Shown: one piece after another, positions 1 through 9,475 of the stretch | Layout of the letters: each line of letters starts with the position of its first letter | Position numbering within the stretch: position 1 is the first letter of the stretch | Origin: an uncultured Candidatus Saccharibacteria bacterium | Lineage (GTDB): Bacteria; Patescibacteriota; Saccharimonadia; Saccharimonadales; Saccharimonadaceae | NCBI GenBank assembly: GCA_963551735.1 | Contig: CAUVHH010000001.1 | Coordinates: 211,381 to 275,380, forward strand | Length of the DNA: 64,000 nucleotides | Reading direction: 5' to 3' | Made by a program: the position numbers and the translations under genes | The notes under the pieces: generated by a model | Seen by the model: only the letters and a program-made list of their open reading frames with translations | Databases searched by the model: none | Told to the model about the DNA's origin: nothing

Positions 1-535
1 CGTCAACGCGCTGGCTGATTTCTTGCAGGTGGCTTTTAGGGTCACGCCAAGAGCCGCTTTCTAAAATCCCGTTAAGCTTACTGATTGTGTGCTTCTCGAT
101 AAAGGCCGCCGCAGCATCATAGCCGCGCTCCAAATAGATTGAGCCAATCACCGCTTCATAGGCGTTTGCTAGAATCTGATGGCGCGCCCGCTCGGAACCA
201 TGCTTCTCACCGCGGCTCATCCGCACCAATGACTCATAGCCAAGCTCTTCGCCAGATTTAGCGTTGCTAGTGGTGTTAACTAGCGCCGCGCGCCAGCTAG
301 TCAGGATACCCTCCGGCTCTCTATAATGTTTATATAAATAATCCGTCACCACCAGTTCTAGCACGGCGTCGCCCAGAAATTCTAAACGCTCATTGTGCTC
401 GCTCACCGATTTTTTATGCTCGTTGACGTAGCTGCGATGTGTCAAAGCAGTAATCAGAAGCTGAATGTCATTATATTCAAAACCTAATTTCTGCTTCGCC
501 CAATCTTGGTACGGCCCGGTTGGCATACCACTCAT
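1..535 (-). CDS. rnc: Ribonuclease III, first ~178 codons (3' end of the gene lies beyond the left window edge)
   Basis: Manual translation of the minus strand from ATG 535-533 (AAGGAGG just upstream) gives MSGMPTGPYQDWAKQKLGFEYNDIQLLITALTHRSY...NERLEFLGDAVLELVV... The ERLEFLGD motif is the RNase III catalytic signature. It is missing from the ORF track because no stop codon falls inside the window. Confidence 0.85.
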   Translation of the reverse strand, partial: MSGMPTGPYQDWAKQKLGFEYNDIQLLITALTHRSYVNEHKKSVSEHNERLEFLGDAVLELVVTDYLYKHYREPEGILTSWRAALVNTTSNAKSGEELGYESLVRMSRGEKHGSERARHQILANAYEAVIGSIYLERGYDAAAAFIEKHTISKLNGILESGSWRDPKSHLQEISQRVD

Positions 536-562
536 CTTTCCTCCTTTTCGTATTTTGTAAGT

Positions 563-1072
563 TTATAAGTTTTCTTGGCGGATCCGCGTTTTAGCTTTCA
601 GCATTAGCTTGGCGATGTCTTCGTATTCTATCAGCTCGAGCGCCTCGTTGAACGGGAACCATTTGATCCCCTTCATCCAATCCTCTTTCTGGATTTCATC
701 GCCGCTGGTACGAACGCGCACCAAATAAATTTGCGTCGTCATCAAAACGAGCTTGTCGAGACGGCGATAGCGAAAATGAATCTTGCCCAGCCAGCCTAGC
801 ATATCGACGTCGTGCAAGCCAGCTTCCTCGCCAATTTCACGGCGAGCAGTCTGCACGGCTGTCTCACCCTCCTCGATGTGGCCTTTGGGAATTGTCCAGC
901 GGTCTTTGGCGTCCTGAATCAGTAAAATCTCGATACCCGACTCGCCGTGGCGGAAAATCACGCCGCCGCTAGTCGGCTCGCGGACGATTTCTTGGATAGA
1001 CGCCGAACGCGACTTTGTTAAATATTTGCGTATATGATCAAACTTGCTTTTGTTGGCCTTTGGCTTTGGCAT
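563..1072 (-). CDS. NUDIX family hydrolase
   Basis: ORF track 563..1153. I place the start at the internal Met (MPKPKANKSK...) because the upstream 27 codons overlap nusB. A Nudix box, GHIEEGETAVQTARREIGEEAGL, is present. Confidence 0.8.
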   Translation of the reverse strand: MPKPKANKSKFDHIRKYLTKSRSASIQEIVREPTSGGVIFRHGESGIEILLIQDAKDRWTIPKGHIEEGETAVQTARREIGEEAGLHDVDMLGWLGKIHFRYRRLDKLVLMTTQIYLVRVRTSGDEIQKEDWMKGIKWFPFNEALELIEYEDIAKLMLKAKTRIRQENL

Positions 1073-1514
1073 TATCTGACCCTTCCTCGACAAATTTGCG
1101 ATAAGCAGTACCCAGTACGCCGTTAACAAATCTGCTCGAATTATCAGAACCAAACGCTTTAGCTAGCTCAATCGCTTCGTTAATAGCGACACGCGGCGGT
1201 ACGGTATCTTGATGATGCAGCAGCTCGTACAGGCCAATCCGCAAGATTACCCTGTCGATCCGCGCTATCTGCGTAATTGGCCACTCGGGCGCAATCGGTT
1301 GCAGCTGCCGGTCAAGCTCCTCCTGCTGGCTAACAACGCCGCTAGCCAGTCCTTCTACGAAAGCGATGTCGTCAATCGCCGAACGGTAACGCTCGACATC
1401 GCGCTTCAAGATATCATCTAACGCGGCACTGTTGTCGCCAGACTGCCGGCGCAATTCCAATTCGTATAGCGCTTGCAGCGCAACAATCCGACCAAGATGC
1501 CTATTCGATGCCAT
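1038..1514 (-). CDS. nusB: Transcription antitermination factor NusB
   Basis: 158-aa ORF. RIVALQALYELE at the N-terminus and AINEAIELAKAFG...RFVNGVLG at the C-terminus are typical of the NusB family. Confidence 0.85.
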   Translation of the reverse strand: MASNRHLGRIVALQALYELELRRQSGDNSAALDDILKRDVERYRSAIDDIAFVEGLASGVVSQQEELDRQLQPIAPEWPITQIARIDRVILRIGLYELLHHQDTVPPRVAINEAIELAKAFGSDNSSRFVNGVLGTAYRKFVEEGSDNAKAKGQQKQV

Positions 1515-1560
1515 TCGCGTTTGTTTCCTTTTATTATCTCACCGTTTTTGCTTGAAACGG

Positions 1561-1707
1561 TTATTTCTGCTTGGTTGATGATTTTTTCTTGCCAATCAAC
1601 ACTTTGACTGGCGAATGGCCGTTAACGCGCTTGGCTAATTTCTCGACAAGATGACTGCGGCGCATGCCGGTCTTGCGAGGACTTGATTGTTTCTTTGGCT
1701 GTGCCAT
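1561..1707 (-). CDS. rpmF: Probable 50S ribosomal protein L32 (48 aa, below the ORF-track size cutoff)
   Basis: Manual translation gives MAQPKKQSSPRKTGMRRSHLVEKLAKRVNGHSPVKVLIGKKKSSTKQK. The basic N-terminus with the K-x-S-x-x-R-x-x-x-RR-x-H pattern matches L32. GAAGGAGAA lies upstream of the ATG and a promoter-like element lies further upstream. Confidence 0.55.
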   Translation of the reverse strand: MAQPKKQSSPRKTGMRRSHLVEKLAKRVNGHSPVKVLIGKKKSSTKQK

Positions 1708-1745
1708 GAAATGTTCTCCTTCTCGGTTTGTATAAACTTAGTAGT

Positions 1746-1774
1746 ATTATACGCTAAAGCGGGGTTTTTCTCAA
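1746..1774 (-). promoter_or_regulatory. Sigma70-like promoter upstream of the L32 gene (TTGAGA - 17 nt - TATAAT on the minus strand)
   Basis: The -10 hexamer is at 1751-1746 and the -35 hexamer at 1774-1769, read on the minus strand, with an exact 17-nt spacer. Confidence 0.45.
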
Positions 1775-1809
1775 GTATTTGACATTGTAGTGTTATCGTA
1801 TTTTAATTA

Positions 1810-1838
1810 TTGACTTTTTATAACGGTTGTGCTATAAT
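1810..1838 (+). promoter_or_regulatory. Orphan near-consensus promoter (TTGACT - 17 nt - TATAAT) pointing at the 3' end of leuS
   Basis: The hexamers and spacer are read directly from the sequence. A second, weaker TTGACA-17-TTTAAT lies at 1779-1807. No annotated plus-strand gene follows. Confidence 0.4.
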
Positions 1839-1918
1839 AAAGGTATGAGTCATGAACAAAGTAGTAGCGCATAGGTTCAGAAACGCTACTTGCCATTTGT
1901 AATTTTGCAAAGACGGGA

Positions 1919-4351
1919 TCACGCCACGATATTGACGAGCTTGCCCTTGACGTAGATAATCTTCTTCGGCTCAGCTAGCACGAATTTCTGAACGTTGGCG
2001 TCGGCTAGCGCTAACTCCTTGATCTGCTTTTCACTAGCATCAGCAGCGACCTCGAGTTTAGCGCGCAGTTTGCCATTGACTTGCACGATAATGAGCAAGC
2101 TGTCGCTGGCAATTTTAGCGTTATCCCAGACAGGCCAAGCGGCAAAATCGAGCTGCGAAGTCTCGCCTAGCTGCTGCCACAATTCGGCAGCCATGTGCGG
2201 CGCAAACGGCTGTACCAATTGCACTAGCATCTTGAGATGTGGGCGCCAATCTTCGCTGTAGCCCGCCACTTTCAATTTGTACAAATCATTCACGCATTCC
2301 ATCAGCGCTGCAATCGCCGTATTAAAGCTGAGACGATGAATGTCATCGGTGACTTTTTTGGTAGTAGAATTAATAATGGTATCAAGCTTCTGAGTATCAG
2401 ACGTACCGGTTTTGTCGCTGTCATTAAATTCTTGCACTAGCGTCCACAAGCGATTAAGAAAACGATAAACACCAGCAATGCCGCGGCTGTTCCAGCTAGA
2501 GTTTTCGTTAATCGGCCCCAAGAAAAGCTCAAACGTACGCAGGGCGTCAGCGCCATAGCCGGCGTTGATGACTTCGAGCGGATCAACGACATTACCGAGG
2601 CTTTTGCTCATTTTGCGGCCGTCCTCGGCTTGAATCAAACCATGGTAAACCAGCTTTTTTACTGGTTCGGCAAAATCTGTCAGCCCAAGCTCGCAGAAGA
2701 CGTGCGTCCAAAAGCGCACATACAGCAAATGGGCCGTCGCGTGATCGCCGCCGACATACATATCGAGCGGCGCCCAATAATTTGCCTTGTCTGGCGCCCA
2801 AGCCTGCTGCGTATTATGCGGATCGGTATACCGCAGCAAATACCAGCTACTGCAAGCGTAACCATCCATCGTGTCAGTTTCGCGCCGAGCTGGAGAGCCG
2901 CAAATTGGACAAGTCGTCTGCACCCAATCTTCTTGCGCCGCCAAGACTGATTTGCCATCACCGCGTGGCTGGAAATCATCGACATCCGGCAGTAATACTG
3001 GCAAATCACTTTCCGGTACTGGCACTGCGCCGTGCTCCGGACAATAAATAATCGGAATCGGCGCACCCCAATAGCGCTGGCGGCTGATCAGCCAATCGCG
3101 CATTTTGTAAGTAATTTGCGACTTGCCTTTACCCTCTTGCTCGAGCCAAGCGACAATTTGCTCGCGAGCATCCTCGCTGCGCGTACCGTCAAAAGCCCCA
3201 GAATTCACCAAAACCCCTTCGCCGTGATAGCAAGCGTCGGTGTCAATGTCATCCTCAGGCCTCTCTATGACCTCAACGACCGGCAGCTCGAATTTCTCAG
3301 CAAAAGCAAAGTCGCGGTCGTCATGCGCTGGCACGCCCATCACCGCACCAGTGCCATAGCCCCCCAGAACATAATCAGCAATCCAAATTGGAATCTTTTG
3401 GCCAGTCGCCGGGTTGATAGCATAGCTGCCGCTAAAAACACCTGTTTTCTCTTTGGTATCGTTGCTGCGTTCAATCTCTGATTTCTTGACGGCATCATCA
3501 ATATAGTTCTCGACTAATTCGCGCGTTTCATCGGTCAGCAGCGTGCGTGCTAATGGATGCTCGGGCGCTAACACCAAAAAGGTTGCGCCAAAAATCGTAT
3601 CAGGACGCGTCGAGAAAACAGTTATCGTATCGTCGCTGCCATCAACTTGAAAAGTAATCTCAGCGCCTTCGCTTTTGCCAATCCAGTTAGTTTGCGCAAT
3701 TTTGATTTTGTCTGGCCAATCCATCTCTGGCAGCTCGGCAAGCAGCTGCTCGGCATAAGCGGTGATCCGGAAGAACCACTGTTTCATAGACTTCTTGACA
3801 ACGACCGAGTCGCAGCGCCAGCATTTGCCGTCAATCACCTGCTCGTTGGCGAGAACCGTCTTATCCTTTGGACACCACCATTGCAGCGATTCTTTTTGAT
3901 AGGCCAAATCCTTTTCAAACAGCTTAGTAAATATCCACTGCGTCCATTTGTAGTATTCTGGGTCGCTGGTATTGATCTCGCGCGACCAATCAATGCTAGC
4001 ACCGACACTGCGCAATTGTTTTTTGAAATTAGCAATATTGTCAGCGGTAGTTTCTCGAGGTTTGCGGCCAGTTTTGATAGCGTAATTCTCGGCCGGCAAG
4101 CCAAAGCTATCCCAGCCAATCGGATACATTACGTTATAACCGAGCGCTCGGCGAAAACGCGCCACCGCATCGACAATGGAATGCTCCATAAAGTGACCGG
4201 TATGCATGCCTGCGCCGCTTGGATACGGAAACATGCCTGTCACATAGTATTTTGGCTTGGCGCTTGACTCGTTCGTATGATAACGCTGGTCATCCGCCCA
4301 GATTTGCTGCCATTTCGGCTCGATTTCAGAAGGGTTATAGTGTCTCATCAA
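1919..4351 (-). CDS. leuS: Leucine--tRNA ligase
   Basis: 810-aa ORF. The class I HIGH-type motif (PYPSGAGMHTGH), KMSKS (GRKMSKSLGN) and the overall LeuRS-like sequence are recognisable. Confidence 0.97.
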   Translation of the reverse strand: MMRHYNPSEIEPKWQQIWADDQRYHTNESSAKPKYYVTGMFPYPSGAGMHTGHFMEHSIVDAVARFRRALGYNVMYPIGWDSFGLPAENYAIKTGRKPRETTADNIANFKKQLRSVGASIDWSREINTSDPEYYKWTQWIFTKLFEKDLAYQKESLQWWCPKDKTVLANEQVIDGKCWRCDSVVVKKSMKQWFFRITAYAEQLLAELPEMDWPDKIKIAQTNWIGKSEGAEITFQVDGSDDTITVFSTRPDTIFGATFLVLAPEHPLARTLLTDETRELVENYIDDAVKKSEIERSNDTKEKTGVFSGSYAINPATGQKIPIWIADYVLGGYGTGAVMGVPAHDDRDFAFAEKFELPVVEVIERPEDDIDTDACYHGEGVLVNSGAFDGTRSEDAREQIVAWLEQEGKGKSQITYKMRDWLISRQRYWGAPIPIIYCPEHGAVPVPESDLPVLLPDVDDFQPRGDGKSVLAAQEDWVQTTCPICGSPARRETDTMDGYACSSWYLLRYTDPHNTQQAWAPDKANYWAPLDMYVGGDHATAHLLYVRFWTHVFCELGLTDFAEPVKKLVYHGLIQAEDGRKMSKSLGNVVDPLEVINAGYGADALRTFELFLGPINENSSWNSRGIAGVYRFLNRLWTLVQEFNDSDKTGTSDTQKLDTIINSTTKKVTDDIHRLSFNTAIAALMECVNDLYKLKVAGYSEDWRPHLKMLVQLVQPFAPHMAAELWQQLGETSQLDFAAWPVWDNAKIASDSLLIIVQVNGKLRAKLEVAADASEKQIKELALADANVQKFVLAEPKKIIYVKGKLVNIVA

Positions 4352-4390
4352 CTATCAGTATAACAGATAAAACACAGCTGGTTCTAGTAA

Positions 4391-5755
4391 TTAATCGTCG
4401 TAATCGCCATATTCTAAGTCATTATCGGCATCAACGGTTGGCGCAGATAAATAACTACCGCCAGATACCGACTGAAAAGATTGGCTGATTGCCCTTGCCC
4501 ACTCTTCAGCGCTTATGGCGTCGCTTGGAACAGCGACCTGCGAACCTTTGCTAAAATCAATAACTGTTTTGGCGCTAACATTGTAGTTTTTGTCGGAACG
4601 GCTATCGGTCTTAAGGTTAGTGGCCTTAACGTCAACGCCACGCAGTTCATGCGACCATTGCGATACCCAAACGGTCATGGTAGCGTCGGCTTTTGATTTG
4701 GCTTTTTTGGCAGACTTGTAAGTATCAGACGACGAAGACGAAACGTTCGGCGCGCAAGATTCAACGCTTTTAGCGAAAGAGGTTTCTCGAAAATCCTTCC
4801 AGAAAGCTTCTGCCTTGTCATCATCAACTGATACGTCGTAGCCAAAATTGCCATTTTGCGATTTAACTTCTTTGTCGATAATTATAAATGAATGTTTTTT
4901 GTAAACGCTGGAGATTTGATGCTTAGCTTTGTCGTCTTTGGAGTATTTTTTGTAAGCATCAATCACACACTGCAGCTGATCGGCTGATTTTTTATCCTGT
5001 TTGCGAACATCAGCTAGCGAATATTTTGCCCACTTGCCGTCAATCTTTTTCAAGTGTTTTTCAGCCTGAGCTGGCAACTTTTGATGTAGAATAGACAACG
5101 TTTCCTTGATATTTGATACGATATTGTCAACCTTGAAATAGACTGTACCGTTGTCAGTTGCCAAACCGCTAGCCTTGAGAGACAACTCCTTGCCGTTCAC
5201 TTCTAAGGCCAACTCGGCATTTGCATCAAGTTTCGGCGTATTTTCAGCACCAGTATCAAATGTAAATTTTTTGAACTTAATGTTCACGCCGTCGGCTTCA
5301 TAAGAAAAGTTTGAGTTCACTGTGGTTTTAGTCGAGACTTTGGTAGCGAGCGGCAATTTGCTAACCGCATCGAGCAAGACGTTTTCTGGCTTCTGATAAA
5401 ACGCATAGGCAGTAGCGCCAGCAATCGCCAGCAGCACAACTAATATTACGGCGCAAATAGCAATAATCAAGCCTGCTTTAGACTTTCGCTGGCCCATCGC
5501 CATCTGCGGCGGCAACGCTGGCTGAGCTATAGGTTGAGCCACAGTCTGGTTAGCAACAACCGGAGCGGCAGCTGGCTGTTCTGCTACAGCACTGGATTTT
5601 GCAGCAGATTGTTCGGCGGGCGCTGGCGCTGATGCTGTCGTGCTTGTTGAAACTTTAGCTTTTTTACTGGTCTCGGTTTTGGTCTTGGTTTTGGGCTTGT
5701 CAGAAACCCTCTTTTTAGTGGTTTTCGGCTTCTTTGGCGCGCCGTCTTGTTTCAT
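4391..5755 (-). CDS. Hypothetical membrane-anchored protein (K/A/P/Q-rich cytoplasmic N-terminus, one TM helix, large extracytoplasmic domain)
   Basis: 454-aa ORF. It has a low-complexity basic N-terminus, a hydrophobic segment (GLIIAICAVILVVLLAIAGATAYAF), then a globular region with no motif I recognise. Confidence 0.6.
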   Translation of the reverse strand: MKQDGAPKKPKTTKKRVSDKPKTKTKTETSKKAKVSTSTTASAPAPAEQSAAKSSAVAEQPAAAPVVANQTVAQPIAQPALPPQMAMGQRKSKAGLIIAICAVILVVLLAIAGATAYAFYQKPENVLLDAVSKLPLATKVSTKTTVNSNFSYEADGVNIKFKKFTFDTGAENTPKLDANAELALEVNGKELSLKASGLATDNGTVYFKVDNIVSNIKETLSILHQKLPAQAEKHLKKIDGKWAKYSLADVRKQDKKSADQLQCVIDAYKKYSKDDKAKHQISSVYKKHSFIIIDKEVKSQNGNFGYDVSVDDDKAEAFWKDFRETSFAKSVESCAPNVSSSSSDTYKSAKKAKSKADATMTVWVSQWSHELRGVDVKATNLKTDSRSDKNYNVSAKTVIDFSKGSQVAVPSDAISAEEWARAISQSFQSVSGGSYLSAPTVDADNDLEYGDYDD

Positions 5756-5803
5756 TGCTAGCTTGCTCCTTTACTCCTTAACTTAAACCTATTATACACA
5801 CGA

Positions 5804-7078
5804 TTAGAACTGCTGAAAATATTTGTCTTTGATAGCTAGCCATTTATCGCTTTGGCGGACTAATTCAGCATCCTCGGTCATGTCGCAGAGCACCTTAACA
5901 CATTCTTCGAGGAATATTTCGTTCTGCGAGCCTTTGACCAACACTACCGTTCCTGACTCGGTTATCGAACGGACGAACTCGCCAGCTTCGATAGCGTTGC
6001 GCGCCACATGAACTTGGCAGCCTGTCGAACGGGCCGCTGGTGCCAAGTATTGCGTCGCCGCCACGCCGACGACTACCACCCACGACAAAAGATTCGGATC
6101 GCACATGCGACCGAGTTTCTCGTGCTCGGCCTGACTGCTGCCGCCAAGCTCTAGCATATCACCAAAAACAGCCACACGACTCGGTACATCCGTGAACTCG
6201 TACAGAGTTCGCAGCGCCGCCTGAGCCGCTGCCGGGCTAGAATTATAAGTGTCGTCTATAATAGTCACGCCGCCAATGCCGCGCAGCAGATTCATCCGCC
6301 CCGGCACTGGCTTGAGGAGCGACAGTCCGCGTATAATGTCTTCCACCGGCAACCCGAGCATCATTGCCGCGCCAACTGCCCCCATGATCGGGCGCAAGCT
6401 ATGCTCGCCCACTACTTTAATGGTAGTGGGAAAACGAATATCGTTAGGAGCAATAACCGTGCCGCTGTAGCCGTTTTCATCAAGCTGTTGCTGCTCAAAA
6501 CGAAACTCTGCTAGCCCAGTCGTACCGTAAGTGCTAAAGTTCGCCGATTCCAAGAAATCTGCGAATCGCCCGTCGATATCATCGCGATTAATTAGCGTAT
6601 ACTCAGAAAATTTAGCGACAAATAGCTCTTCTTGAGCCACATGTTCAATTGAACCAAAAAATTCCATATGTTCAGGTGTTATCGCCGTAACTAGCGCAAT
6701 ATTCGGCCGCAAGTAAGTGCCGAAATCCATCATCTCGCCTGGATGATCAACGCCTAATTCTTGAATAATGACATCGACATCCGCCGGACTATAGACGCGG
6801 CGATGCGCTGCCCTAAAAACACCTAGCCACGCCAATGGGCTATGTAGTCTCTCTGGTAAGTTAATACCGAGAATCGCCAATGGCGCCGACACTTCTGAAT
6901 TATGATTGCCCTCGTGCATGCGGACGCGAAAACGCTGCGATAATAACCTGCCGAGAGCACGCTTAGTGCTAGTTTTGCCAACACTGCCAGCAACAACTAT
7001 CAATCTGACATGCGGATGCAGCTCAAAGTACTTAACAACATACTTTTGAAGCTTCTTCTTGATATACTTCTTGAACAT
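5804..7078 (-). CDS. murF: Mur ligase family protein, MurF-like (UDP-MurNAc-tripeptide--D-Ala-D-Ala ligase)
   Basis: P-loop GSVGKTSTK, NHNSEVSAPL, ELGVDHPGEM and ITPEHMEFFGS match the Mur ligase / MurF motif order. Confidence 0.8.
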   Translation of the reverse strand: MFKKYIKKKLQKYVVKYFELHPHVRLIVVAGSVGKTSTKRALGRLLSQRFRVRMHEGNHNSEVSAPLAILGINLPERLHSPLAWLGVFRAAHRRVYSPADVDVIIQELGVDHPGEMMDFGTYLRPNIALVTAITPEHMEFFGSIEHVAQEELFVAKFSEYTLINRDDIDGRFADFLESANFSTYGTTGLAEFRFEQQQLDENGYSGTVIAPNDIRFPTTIKVVGEHSLRPIMGAVGAAMMLGLPVEDIIRGLSLLKPVPGRMNLLRGIGGVTIIDDTYNSSPAAAQAALRTLYEFTDVPSRVAVFGDMLELGGSSQAEHEKLGRMCDPNLLSWVVVVGVAATQYLAPAARSTGCQVHVARNAIEAGEFVRSITESGTVVLVKGSQNEIFLEECVKVLCDMTEDAELVRQSDKWLAIKDKYFQQF

Positions 7079-7123
7079 AATTCTATCATACCGTATACGG
7101 TTAAGAAATTGAAATGTGCGCCA

Positions 7124-7741
7124 TCATTCTAGCAGTCCAAAACCGCGAATCGGTCCGTCGCGGCTGAGATCCGACTGCTGAATGTTAATTACGCCGCCCT
7201 CGTTACCGCCAATAGTCGTCACCTTGCCGTTGTCGTATTTGAGCACAAAGTTCACATGCTCGCCATGACGACTGGCGTTGTCGTACATAATAGCATCGCC
7301 AGGCTGCAACTGGTAGCCGCTATTTGCGGCGCGGAACTTACCAGCGTTACGATAATACGTCTCGAGACTGCGCACACCTGGAATACGCCAACCGCCGCTA
7401 TGCGGATTTGTTAGCGGCGCGCCAGCTTGGCGGCTGACCCAACTAACAAAATTTGCGCACCAGTCTTGCCGCTCGCCCTGGCTATAAAACGGGCCAGACT
7501 GCGGGTTATCATACTGCTGGCGAAGTATATTTACAGCGCGAGCACGTAGCGGCGACAGCTTATCTACTTGAATATCAGGGAATTTTTCACGAGCTGGTTG
7601 CAATTTAACGGCAGTGTAGCCACCCGATGAACGAAACGTAAAGTAGGTCGCTGTGCACACCAAGACAATTACCGCTACCAAGACTACACCGAAAATTATC
7701 GGCCCGCGCCAAGATGCTCGCTTTCGCTGAATACTTCTCAT
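7124..7741 (-). CDS. CHAP-domain peptidoglycan hydrolase with N-terminal TM anchor
   Basis: The catalytic Cys context is QDWCANFVSWVSRQAG, and a downstream GDAIMYD...GEHVNFVL histidine region is typical of the CHAP fold. A hydrophobic helix sits at the N-terminus. Confidence 0.75.
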   Translation of the reverse strand: MRSIQRKRASWRGPIIFGVVLVAVIVLVCTATYFTFRSSGGYTAVKLQPAREKFPDIQVDKLSPLRARAVNILRQQYDNPQSGPFYSQGERQDWCANFVSWVSRQAGAPLTNPHSGGWRIPGVRSLETYYRNAGKFRAANSGYQLQPGDAIMYDNASRHGEHVNFVLKYDNGKVTTIGGNEGGVINIQQSDLSRDGPIRGFGLLE

Positions 7742-7771
7742 TAAAATTATTATACCTGCTTTCTAGCCTAA

Positions 7772-7798
7772 AGAAAAACACTCTCCGGCGGGGAGAGT
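7772..7798 (-). terminator. Intrinsic terminator downstream of tRNA-Phe
   Basis: On the minus strand, a 7-bp hairpin ACTCTCC/GGAGAGT is followed by GTTTTTCTTT. Confidence 0.5.
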
Positions 7799-7805
7799 AT
7801 TTTAC

Positions 7806-7881
7806 TGGTGGCTCCTACTAGACTCGAACTAGTGACACAAGGCTCTTCAGGCCTCTGCTCTACCAACTGAGCTAAAGAGCC
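7806..7881 (-). tRNA. tRNA-Phe (anticodon GAA), CCA encoded
   Basis: Folded by hand: GGCTCTT-TA-GCTC-AGTTGGTA-GAGC-A-GAGGC-CTGAAGA-GCCTT-GTGTC-ACTAG-TTCGAGT-CTAGT-AGGAGCC-A-CCA. Length 76 nt. Confidence 0.95.
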
Positions 7882-7993
7882 ACAAATTTACCTTATGATT
7901 GTACTAAAAATCTGGCGAGCTGGCAAGGAAAAAGCCGAGCTTCACCAAAACATTTCCGCACTACTCTATTTATATGCGTTTGCTTGATAAAAT

Positions 7994-8665
7994 TTACTTT
8001 AGCTGAGTAGCCTTAGAATACTTCAGCGTAGTAACTAAGAAAATAATGGCTGGCGGAATAATAAATACCATATACGCTAGTACTGTGATCAAGGATTTTT
8101 CGGCAGGCAGCATCCACAGCGGCATATTGCCAATCGCAGGGTTGGGGTCGTTGTCCTTTGCGATACCAAATAGACCGTGCATGAATAGCATGCCTACATT
8201 CAGCATCAGCATGATTGAACTTACAATTCGCCATAGCCGTAGCCTCGCTAACGGCGAATGAGCCGTCCCGAGAGTCAAGCAAAACGGTACCAAGAAAAGA
8301 TTAACTATTACAGGTCCAAAAAACGGCTCGTCTTGCATGCGAGTAATAAACATCAAAAAAGCCCCGACAAAGAAAACGATCAAGGTGATTATTGTACTGC
8401 GCGCTAGATGAAAAACAATATTATTACTACTATTAATAAACTCTCGATGCTGCTGAATAATGCCTTTAGGAGCGTCGTTAGGGTTTGTAACCGCCTCCGC
8501 CTCAGGTTCTACTGCTAACTGTTGGTTTGCCATTTGCGGTGATTGACTAGGTAACGGCTGTGTCGCTGGTGTCACTTGCGGCGCTTGGTCAGGCATTGGC
8601 TGCATCGTTGGCATTGTTTGTGAAACTGGCGGTTGCTGATTCGCGTTTTGCTGGTCATTGTTCAT
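7994..8665 (-). CDS. Hypothetical multi-pass membrane protein with Q/P-rich N-terminus
   Basis: ORF track 7994..8749. I move the start to MNNDQQNANQQ (ATG 8665-8663). Several hydrophobic helices follow the Q/P-rich region. Confidence 0.6.
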   Translation of the reverse strand: MNNDQQNANQQPPVSQTMPTMQPMPDQAPQVTPATQPLPSQSPQMANQQLAVEPEAEAVTNPNDAPKGIIQQHREFINSSNNIVFHLARSTIITLIVFFVGAFLMFITRMQDEPFFGPVIVNLFLVPFCLTLGTAHSPLARLRLWRIVSSIMLMLNVGMLFMHGLFGIAKDNDPNPAIGNMPLWMLPAEKSLITVLAYMVFIIPPAIIFLVTTLKYSKATQLK

Positions 8666-8720
8666 ATGGTTATTATACCGCTTTGGTGCTAGAATATCAT
8701 TATATAAACAGGAGGTATTT

Positions 8721-9464
8721 ATGGAAATAATGATAGTAATTTTAGTCATCGTGGCTATTTATGTGCTGAGCGGCATTAAGGTAGTCAATCAATACCAGCG
8801 CGGCGTAGTATTGACGCTCGGTAAGTTTACTGGTGTGCGCGAACCGGGCCTAAGGGTGGTAGTGCCGATTTTTCAGACGATGATGATGGTCGATGTGCGC
8901 TCCACGCCGATTGACGTGCCAAAGCAAGAAGTCATCACCAAAGACAACGTCACTGTCGGCGTTGACGCGGTAGTTTATTTCCGAGTAATTAACGCCCCAA
9001 AAGCGGTGCTGGAGACGACCAACTACATTTATGCCACCAGCCAATTTGCCCAGGCTGCCCTGCGCGACGTCACCGGTAATGTCGATATGGACGACCTGCT
9101 CGCCAAACGGGAGGAGATTTCACAGCAAATTAAAGAAATTGTTGACGCCGAGACTGACAAATGGGGTATTGATGTCGAGAATGTCAAGATTCAGAATATC
9201 GAACTGCCTGGCGACATGAAGCGCGCCATGGCCAAGCAGGCCGAAGCTGAGCGCGAACGCCGCGCCAACATCATCAACGCCGACGGCGAAAAAGCTGCCG
9301 CTGAAACACTAGCGCAAGCCGCCGAGATCCTGGCAAAAACCCAAGGTGCGATTAACCTGCGTACACTGAACACGCTGGAGCGTATCTCCACTGAGCCATC
9401 ACAAAAGACGATGATGCTCTTCCCGATTGAACTGATTGACGCAATTCGCGGTAGTAAGAAATAA
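8721..9464 (+). CDS. SPFH/band-7 (stomatin/prohibitin-like) membrane protein
   Basis: The start is placed at MEIMIVILV (ATG 8721), preceded by AGGAGG. It has an N-terminal TM helix, then VNQYQRGVVLTLGKF...VDVRS...ITKDNV..., typical of an SPFH domain, and a coiled AEAERERRA tail. Confidence 0.85.
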   Translation: MEIMIVILVIVAIYVLSGIKVVNQYQRGVVLTLGKFTGVREPGLRVVVPIFQTMMMVDVRSTPIDVPKQEVITKDNVTVGVDAVVYFRVINAPKAVLETTNYIYATSQFAQAALRDVTGNVDMDDLLAKREEISQQIKEIVDAETDKWGIDVENVKIQNIELPGDMKRAMAKQAEAERERRANIINADGEKAAAETLAQAAEILAKTQGAINLRTLNTLERISTEPSQKTMMLFPIELIDAIRGSKK

Positions 9465-9475
9465 CCCTCAGGACC

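Noticed and set aside
1995-4267. Numerous plus-strand and off-frame ORFs inside leuS (for example 3647..4267 at 206 aa, 3032..3481 and 2630..2950)
   Set aside because: They are shadow ORFs antisense to, or out of frame with, an unambiguous 810-aa LeuRS gene. Their products are low-complexity and carry no motifs.
8658-8720. Upstream extension of the SPFH ORF, and the 7994..8749 extension of the divergent membrane protein
   Set aside because: The two extensions overlap each other head to head. Internal Met codons give sensible N-termini, and the SPFH one has an AGGAGG RBS.
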